Positions 46,295 to 52,621 of a stretch of 60,984 bases of DNA are shown here, piece by piece (positions within the stretch are counted from its first letter, which is position 1; each line of letters begins with the position of its first letter). The stretch comes from Patescibacteria group bacterium (GTDB taxonomy: Bacteria; Patescibacteriota; Microgenomatia; UBA8517): positions 1 to 60,984 of the forward strand of contig DASVCV010000005.1 of NCBI GenBank assembly GCA_036381415.1, in the 5' to 3' direction. Both the position numbers and the translations under genes were made by a program. Below the pieces are notes generated by a model. The model was not told where the DNA came from and made no database searches. It saw nothing but the letters and a program-made list of their open reading frames with translations.

Positions 46295-47449
46295 GTGCAA
46301 AGACAGAAAGAAGTACATAAAATCGACAGAGGTTTTTTAATTCTAACTATTGTTCTTACTATAGTTGGACTTCTGGCAGTTGCTGATGCATCTGCTCCCC
46401 AAGCACAGGCCTTTTTCCATGACAGCTTCTTTTTTGTTAAGCAGCAGCTAATTTGGGCTCTTGCTGGATTTATTGCATTGTTTGTAACAGCAAATATTCC
46501 ATATCATTACTGGAAGAAGATTGCCATTTATGCTTTTGGCATAAATGTGATTCTTCTAATTGCAGTTTTAATTCCATCTGTTGGAAGCAGACTACTCGGG
46601 GCAAGAAGGTGGATTTCTTTTGGACCGATTGTTTTTCAGCCATCAGAACTTGTTAAGTTTACACTTGCAACATATATGGCTTCTCTTCTTTCTTCTAAAA
46701 AAAGAATTTTTACTTACATAATTCCTCTTGCAGTTGTAGCCAGCCTAATTATGCTTCAGCCTGACCTTGGAACGACAATAGTTGTAATAGTAGTAGGGTT
46801 TGTGCAGCTATTTATTGCTGGAGTTCCCATGCTTCCATTTTTAGGAATTGGAGTTGGGGGAGGAGTTGTAGGGGCAATTCTTATTCTTCTTTCAGCATAT
46901 AGGAAGCAAAGGTTTCTTGAGTTTTTAAAAACAACTGCAGATCCATTGGGTTCTTCATACCATGTCAGACAGGTTTTAATTGCACTGGGATCCGGAGGTT
47001 TATTTGGAGTGGGGCTGGGCCAGTCCAGGCAAAAGAATTTATTTTTACCGGAAAGTGCAACTGACTCTGTATTTGCTGTTATTGCAGAAGAGATTGGTTT
47101 TGTTGGAGCAACTTTAGTTATAGCTTTACTTGTTTTTTACCTGTATAGGGCAGTTAAGATTGCCCAGAGAGCTCCAGATGAGTTTGGAACGCTTCTTGCG
47201 AGCGGAATTATTGCCTGGATTGGAGCACAAATGTTTTTGAATATTGGATCAATGGTTGCTGTAATTCCGCTTACTGGAGTTCCCTTACCCTTTTTCTCAT
47301 ATGGAGGATCCTCACTTACCATGATATTAGGAGGAGTGGGAATACTACTTAATATTTCTAAGTATTCTAAAAGTACTATACAATTAGATAGTAGAAGAGT
47401 GAAAAGGGAGAAAAATATGGCTAGAAGGAGACATGTACATGAACAGTAA
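46295..47449 (+). CDS. ftsW: SEDS family peptidoglycan polymerase FtsW
   Basis: QPSELVKF, LQPDLGT, PESATDSVFAVIAEE.GF.G, PLPFFSYGGSS. GTG 46295 chosen; track start 46229 overlaps mraY by 50 nt. Confidence 0.8.
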   Translation: MQRQKEVHKIDRGFLILTIVLTIVGLLAVADASAPQAQAFFHDSFFFVKQQLIWALAGFIALFVTANIPYHYWKKIAIYAFGINVILLIAVLIPSVGSRLLGARRWISFGPIVFQPSELVKFTLATYMASLLSSKKRIFTYIIPLAVVASLIMLQPDLGTTIVVIVVGFVQLFIAGVPMLPFLGIGVGGGVVGAILILLSAYRKQRFLEFLKTTADPLGSSYHVRQVLIALGSGGLFGVGLGQSRQKNLFLPESATDSVFAVIAEEIGFVGATLVIALLVFYLYRAVKIAQRAPDEFGTLLASGIIAWIGAQMFLNIGSMVAVIPLTGVPLPFFSYGGSSLTMILGGVGILLNISKYSKSTIQLDSRRVKREKNMARRRHVHEQ

Positions 47450-48545
47450 AAGAGTGGTTTTTACAGGAGGCCATGCTGGAACTACTGCAATAGCTGTTAT
47501 TGAGGAAGTAAAAAGGCAGAATCTGGGTTGGGATATTTATTGGATTGGGCCCAAAAAAACATTTGAAGGAAAGGCAATTTCTTCATATCATTCACGGGTG
47601 TTTCCTAGGCTTGGAGTAGTTTATAAAGGAATAAACACAGGTAGACTTCAAAGAAGGCTATCTATTTGGACTATTCCATCAATACTTAGGATTCCATTTG
47701 GATTTATACAAGCTTTTAGACAAATAACAGCTATTAAACCAAGTGCTGTAGTTTCTTTTGGAGGTTATGTGGCATTTCCTGTAGCTGCAGCTGCCTGGAT
47801 TTTAGGCATTCCAGTTATTATTCATGAACAGACAATGGCAGCTGGGTTAGCTAATAAGCTGACTTCATTTTTTGCCAGAAAAATAGCATTAGCTAGAAAG
47901 GCTAGTGAGGAATACTATTCCAAAGGAAAAACAGAAGTAACAGGAAATCCAATAATGAGTGCCATACTTTCGGTTAAACCCAAAACTAAAATTGGAAACC
48001 CTCCTACAATTTATATTACAGGAGGGTCATCTGGAGCACAGGCTATAAATAGAGCAGTTAATAGTGTTTTAGAAAAAATTCTTCTTAACTACAAAGTAAT
48101 TCATCAAACAGGAGATTTAGATTTTTCTTTCTTTGAAAAGAGAAAAGAAAGTATGGATAAAAAACTAAAAGATAGGTATGAAGTATTTGGATTTATGGAT
48201 CCGTCAGAAATATATAAGGTTTATGAGAAAGCTGACATTATTATTTCTAGGGCTGGAGCAAATACAGTGAGTGAAATTATGACAATAGGGATTCCATCTA
48301 TTTTAATTCCAATCCCATGGGCTAGATATGATGAGCAGACTAAAAATGCAGATTTGGCTAAAGTATCAGGTATTGCGAGAGTTCTTAAACAGAATGTTTT
48401 AGCTGGTCAAAAATTGTTAGATGAGATTGAAGGAACAAAAAAGGAGTGGGTGCATATGGTTAATAGTATGGATAGATCTATAGGACTTCTTGATAAAGGA
48501 GCTTCATTACGCGTAGTTGATATAATCAAAAGGTATATAAAGTGA
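47433..48545 (+). CDS. murG: UDP-GlcNAc--MurNAc-pentapeptide GlcNAc transferase MurG
   Basis: FTGGHAGTTAIAV, HEQT, ITGGSSGAQ, RAGANTVSE. Alternative start at ATG 47439. Confidence 0.85.
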   Translation: MYMNSKRVVFTGGHAGTTAIAVIEEVKRQNLGWDIYWIGPKKTFEGKAISSYHSRVFPRLGVVYKGINTGRLQRRLSIWTIPSILRIPFGFIQAFRQITAIKPSAVVSFGGYVAFPVAAAAWILGIPVIIHEQTMAAGLANKLTSFFARKIALARKASEEYYSKGKTEVTGNPIMSAILSVKPKTKIGNPPTIYITGGSSGAQAINRAVNSVLEKILLNYKVIHQTGDLDFSFFEKRKESMDKKLKDRYEVFGFMDPSEIYKVYEKADIIISRAGANTVSEIMTIGIPSILIPIPWARYDEQTKNADLAKVSGIARVLKQNVLAGQKLLDEIEGTKKEWVHMVNSMDRSIGLLDKGASLRVVDIIKRYIK

Positions 48546-49204
48546 AAGATTTACTCTTTTTTATACCAGCTATAGTTTTAATTGCATTGGGATTTGGAGT
48601 GCCACGCATAGTTAAGGCAACGAGTATCACATGCAGCAGTCAGAATGGAGGATGTTCTGACTATGTTGTGGAAAAAATATTTAAAGCAAAAGGAATGAGT
48701 GTGTATGATGCAAAAGCCTACTTAAATAAAGTTTTTCTAAAAGAAACGAGAGTGACTGCATATACTGCTAAATTTAAAGTGCCTAATAAGCTAATGGTGT
48801 GGGTGGTTGAAAGAAAGCCAATTGCAGCAATATCAACTGGTGGTGCGAATTACTCTTTAATTGACAAAGAAGGAGTGGTCTTGGGAACGAGTAGTGAAAC
48901 AAAACTTCCTATAATTGTTGCGGAAGGAAGGAGTAAGGTAGATGAGCCTCTCGTATTTAGCTCCAACATAATGTATTATCTTAATCTACTCTATCAAACG
49001 AAACTTGCCCACTTAAAAGAAGATGGAAGCCTAGAAGTTGACAATATAAGGGGCATGAAAGTGGTTTTTCCAAGTGAAGGAGACAGAGATATTCTTCTGG
49101 GATCGTTAAAAATCACTCTTTCAGGCTTGCAAGGGAGCCTTGCGGACTCTAGAATAAAAATAATAGATTTAAGATTTAAAAATCCTGTCTTAAAACCAAA
49201 TTAA
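48542..49204 (+). CDS. ftsQ: FtsQ/DivIB-like cell-division protein
   Basis: N-terminal TM plus a POTRA-like region. Position between murG and ftsA. GTGA overlap with murG. Confidence 0.55.
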   Translation: MKDLLFFIPAIVLIALGFGVPRIVKATSITCSSQNGGCSDYVVEKIFKAKGMSVYDAKAYLNKVFLKETRVTAYTAKFKVPNKLMVWVVERKPIAAISTGGANYSLIDKEGVVLGTSSETKLPIIVAEGRSKVDEPLVFSSNIMYYLNLLYQTKLAHLKEDGSLEVDNIRGMKVVFPSEGDRDILLGSLKITLSGLQGSLADSRIKIIDLRFKNPVLKPN

Positions 49205-49206
49205 AT

Positions 49207-50463
49207 ATGAGCAAAACCAGAATAATAGCAGCACTTGATATCGGTTCTTCAAAAATTACTACTCTTATTGGACAAGTTTTGACTGATCAGGTTACTTTTG
49301 AAAATACTATAAATATTATTGGAGCTGCATCTTCCCCTTCTAAAGGAGTTAAGAAGGGACAGATAGTAGATATTGAGCAGGCAGTTGAAGCAACCATTGT
49401 TTCTGTTGAAGCTGCAGAAAGAATGGCTGGTTTTAATCTTAACTCAGCTTATGTATCTGTGGGAGGAGGACACATTGCTTCCCAAAACTCAACTGGAGTG
49501 GTTGCAATATCAGACCCACAAGGAGAAGTAGGACCTCCCGATGTAAACCGTGTAATTGAAGCTGCAAGAGCAATTTCACTTCCAACTTCAAGGCAAATTA
49601 TCCATGTTATGCCAAGAGAATTTATAGTTGATGGAGAAGCTGGTGTAAAAGACCCTGTTGGAATGACTGGAGTGAGACTTGAAGTTGAAACTCATTTAGT
49701 AACAGCATCCCAGGCATCTTTAAAGAATTTAACTAAAACAATACAGGAAGTAGGAATTGCTATTGAGGAAAATGTATTTTCGGGACTTGCATCAAGTATT
49801 TCTACACTTTCTGAGACAGAAAAGGAGTTAGGGTGTGTGTTAGTTGATATTGGAGGAGGAACTACTTCTATAGCAGCATTTGTAGATGGAGCATTATCCT
49901 ATTCAGGAACAATACCAGTTGGAGCAAAAAATGTTACTAATGATTTAGCAATTGGACTAAGGGTGTCTCTTGATACTGCTGAGAAAATAAAGCTCAGATT
50001 GTCTGAAAAGCCAAAGGAGACAGATGGAAAATCTGATTTAATTGAAATTACTGATGAATCAGGACAAACCAAGAAAGTATCTAAAAGAACTTTGACTGAA
50101 GGAATAATAAGGCCACGTTTAAATGAAATATTTACAATGATTAGATTGGATTTGGAAAAAGCTGGTATTATCAACAGAATTCCATCTGGGGCAATTATTA
50201 CAGGTGGAGGAGCACAGACTGTAGGAGTAATGGATTCTGTAAAGAGAATGTTGTCAGTACCTGTTAGAATAGGAGTACCTGGAGGAGTGGGAGGATTAGT
50301 TGATGATATAATCAATCCTGCCTATTCCACACCGGTTGGCCTTATTCTTTATGGAGCAAGCAGGAATCCAACAGGCGGCAGGGATGGGGGACGCAAACTA
50401 AAGCTTCCCAAGAGTGGTATATTAGGTAGAGTTGTGGATAGTATTAAGGATCTTCTGCCCTAA
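49207..50463 (+). CDS. ftsA: Cell-division protein FtsA
   Basis: ALDIGSSKITTLIG, VDIGGGTTSIA, ITGGGAQ. Confidence 0.92.
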   Translation: MSKTRIIAALDIGSSKITTLIGQVLTDQVTFENTINIIGAASSPSKGVKKGQIVDIEQAVEATIVSVEAAERMAGFNLNSAYVSVGGGHIASQNSTGVVAISDPQGEVGPPDVNRVIEAARAISLPTSRQIIHVMPREFIVDGEAGVKDPVGMTGVRLEVETHLVTASQASLKNLTKTIQEVGIAIEENVFSGLASSISTLSETEKELGCVLVDIGGGTTSIAAFVDGALSYSGTIPVGAKNVTNDLAIGLRVSLDTAEKIKLRLSEKPKETDGKSDLIEITDESGQTKKVSKRTLTEGIIRPRLNEIFTMIRLDLEKAGIINRIPSGAIITGGGAQTVGVMDSVKRMLSVPVRIGVPGGVGGLVDDIINPAYSTPVGLILYGASRNPTGGRDGGRKLKLPKSGILGRVVDSIKDLLP

Positions 50464-50542
50464 AGATGCTTGTGATTTTGAATCAAAATTATTGAATTTG
50501 ATTTTTTAAATTCCAGCATATAGAATCTGCTAACAAATAAAT

Positions 50543-51712
50543 ATGGCACTTGTAAAACCTGATGCGGCACGCATTGCTAAAATAAAAGTTATTGGAGTTG
50601 GTGGTGGAGGAGGAAATGCAGTTTCTTCGATGGTTGAAACAGGTCAGATTGCAGGTGTTGAGTTTATTGTATTAAACACTGATGCCCAGGTACTTCTTAA
50701 CAATGCATCTCCAACTAAACTTCAAATAGGAGAAAAACTTACTAAGGGATTAGGAGTTGGAGGAAATCCTGAAGTTGGTGCACAAGCAGCTGAAGAATCA
50801 ATGGAGAAAATTAAAGAACTTCTAGTTGGATCTGATATGGTCTTTGTTACAGCAGGCGAGGGCGGAGGAACCGGAACTGGAGCTGCACCTGTGATTGCAA
50901 GAATTGCAAAAGAAACAGGAGCACTAACTGTTGCAATTGTTACAAAACCTTTCAGCTTTGAAGGAACCAGAAGAATGGTGTATGCAGAGGAAGGAATAGA
51001 TAAATTAAGAAAAGAAGTTGATACATTAATTGTTATTCCTAACCAAAGAATTATGGATGTGGTGGACAGGAAAGTCACACTTCTTGAAGCATTTAAGGTA
51101 GCTGACTCAGTATTAGGCCAAGCTGTAGCAGGAATTGCTGAGATTATTACAACTCCAGGTCTTGTTAACGTTGATTTTGCTGACGTTAAAGCAATTATGA
51201 AAGATGCAGGGTCAGCCTTGCTTGGTATTGGACATGGAGTGGGAGAAAATAGAGCCCAAATGGCAGCAAGAGCCGCAGTATCTTCTCCACTACTTGATCT
51301 ATCAATTGAGGGAGCAAGAGGAGTTCTATTTAATATCTGTGGAGGAAGTGACTTAACCATGTTTGAGGTTGATGAGGCAGCAAGAATTATTTCATCAACT
51401 GCAGACCATGATGCAAATGTTATTTTTGGAGCAGTGGTTGATGAAAAACTGGCAGATCAGGTGAGAGTTACTGTTATTGCAACAGGATTTGATGAAACAA
51501 GATCTAAGATTGCTCAGATTGGAAGACAGCAAACACCTCCACCCATGCAGGGAGTCGTTAGTGAACCAACATCAAGACCAGAACAATTAGAGAAAGAACC
51601 AACAAAGAGAGAGGATGAAGATAAAGAGGAAGACTATTTAGCTCCTAAAGAGGAAAGGGATGAGTTTGGAAAAGATTTTGATATTCCAGCTTTTCTTCGT
51701 AAAATCCACTAA
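50543..51712 (+). CDS. ftsZ: Cell-division GTPase FtsZ
   Basis: GVGGGGGNAV, NTDAQ, GGGTGTGAAPVIA, with an acidic linker and C-terminal DIPAFLRK peptide. Possible promoter TTGATT 50498-50503, 17 nt spacer, TAGAAT 50521-50526. Confidence 0.95.
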   Translation: MALVKPDAARIAKIKVIGVGGGGGNAVSSMVETGQIAGVEFIVLNTDAQVLLNNASPTKLQIGEKLTKGLGVGGNPEVGAQAAEESMEKIKELLVGSDMVFVTAGEGGGTGTGAAPVIARIAKETGALTVAIVTKPFSFEGTRRMVYAEEGIDKLRKEVDTLIVIPNQRIMDVVDRKVTLLEAFKVADSVLGQAVAGIAEIITTPGLVNVDFADVKAIMKDAGSALLGIGHGVGENRAQMAARAAVSSPLLDLSIEGARGVLFNICGGSDLTMFEVDEAARIISSTADHDANVIFGAVVDEKLADQVRVTVIATGFDETRSKIAQIGRQQTPPPMQGVVSEPTSRPEQLEKEPTKREDEDKEEDYLAPKEERDEFGKDFDIPAFLRKIH

Positions 51713-51718
51713 TTTTTA

Positions 51719-52420
51719 ATGAGTAATGTGTTTTTTGAATCTTTAAGCACAAAAATCATTAATGAAGATTTTTTAAAGACAGACTTAATAGGAAAAGAAA
51801 GTGTAGATTTAGTTGTTACTTCACCTCCATACAACGTAGACATTAAGTATAATTCTCACAAAGATAATTTATCCTACAAAGAATATATAGAGTTTAGTAG
51901 AAAGTGGCTTAATAAGGCATTTAGTCTAATGAAGTCAGGTGGAAGGCTGTGTTTAAATGTTCCTCTTGATACAGATAAAGATGGGAAAAGAAGCATATAT
52001 GCAGATTTGACAGTTATTGCTAAAAAAGTTGGATTTAAATACAAAGGGACAATTATCTGGAATAAACAGAATGTAAAGAATAAATATGCAATGGTTTTTT
52101 CAAAAAATATAGAAGTAATAATTATTTTCTATAAAGATGAGTGGAAACCAGTGAAGAAGGAATATATGGAGTGGGTAAATGAGACTTGGAAGTTTTCAGG
52201 AGAAAATGCAACAAGAATGGGACATCCGGCTGCCTTTCCAATAGAACTTCCAACAAGATTAATAAAAATGTTTAGTGAAAAGGAAGATGTAGTTTTAGAT
52301 CCTTTCATGGGAAGTGGAACAACATTGGTTGCTGCAAAGAAAAATGAAAGAAAAGGGATTGGAGTGGAGATAGATGAAAAATATTGTGAGTTAGCAAGAA
52401 CAAGAAGTGTTTCTATATAA
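51719..52420 (+). CDS. Beta-class amino DNA methyltransferase (N4-C or N6-A), orphan
   Basis: Motif IV VVTSPPYN near the N-terminus and motif I LDPFMGSGTT near the C-terminus (beta permutation). HPAAFPIELP. Only 233 aa. No nuclease gene adjacent. Confidence 0.75.
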   Translation: MSNVFFESLSTKIINEDFLKTDLIGKESVDLVVTSPPYNVDIKYNSHKDNLSYKEYIEFSRKWLNKAFSLMKSGGRLCLNVPLDTDKDGKRSIYADLTVIAKKVGFKYKGTIIWNKQNVKNKYAMVFSKNIEVIIIFYKDEWKPVKKEYMEWVNETWKFSGENATRMGHPAAFPIELPTRLIKMFSEKEDVVLDPFMGSGTTLVAAKKNERKGIGVEIDEKYCELARTRSVSI

Positions 52421-52427
52421 AATTTTG

Positions 52428-52436
52428 TGTTATAAT
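52428..52436 (+). promoter_or_regulatory. Extended -10 TGtTATAAT, promoter of the ileS leader
   Basis: tgttataat at 52428-52436, inside the 201-nt gap before ileS. Confidence 0.5.
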
Positions 52437-52443
52437 TTCTTAA

Positions 52444-52620
52444 AGCGGAGAGGAAGTAATCACTTCCAAGCTAAAGGAAGAAATCTTAATTGAAAGTAGA
52501 ACCTTTCGGGTAAGCCCGTTACAGCAGTCAATAAGAAGCAAATAAGCAAAGCTTGTTTCCTTGAAATAAGGTGGTACCACGGTATAGCCGTCCTTAGTAT
52601 AATAGAGAGGACGGTTTTTT
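52444..52620 (+). promoter_or_regulatory. T-box riboswitch leader (Ile specifier candidate AUC)
   Basis: T-box/antiterminator: AAGG (52568-71), UGGUACC bulge (52572-78), ACGG (52579-82), UAUAG loop, CCGU (52588-91), CCUU (52592-95). F-box CCGUUA 52516-21. AGUA/GAA S-turn elements 52495-98 and 52480-82. K-turn-like base AGC-GGAGA.../...AA-GCU 52444-72. Sits upstream of an aminoacyl-tRNA synthetase gene. Confidence 0.75.
52588..52620 (+). terminator. Intrinsic terminator of the T-box leader, 3' arm contains the ileS SD
   Basis: CCGTCCT (52588-94) pairs with AGGACGG (52608-14), followed by T6 (52615-20). GAGAGGA 52605-11 is the only SD-like element before ATG 52622. Confidence 0.7.
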
Positions 52621-52621
52621 A

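Noticed and set aside
50722-51360. 212-aa ORF antisense to ftsZ. Similar long antisense ORFs occur at 1943..2419, 8915..9304, 49899..50315, 40480..41003, 33353..33625 and 43466..43795.
   Set aside because: They lie entirely inside well-supported genes on the other strand. They have low-complexity or odd composition and no start signals. These are typical shadow ORFs.
52483-52485. Second AUC triplet as the T-box specifier
   Set aside because: It is not excluded, but it falls in the apical part of the helix that carries the S-turn-like GAA/AGUA elements (putative Stem II). The AUC-A at 52459-62 in the K-turn-based first hairpin fits a specifier better.
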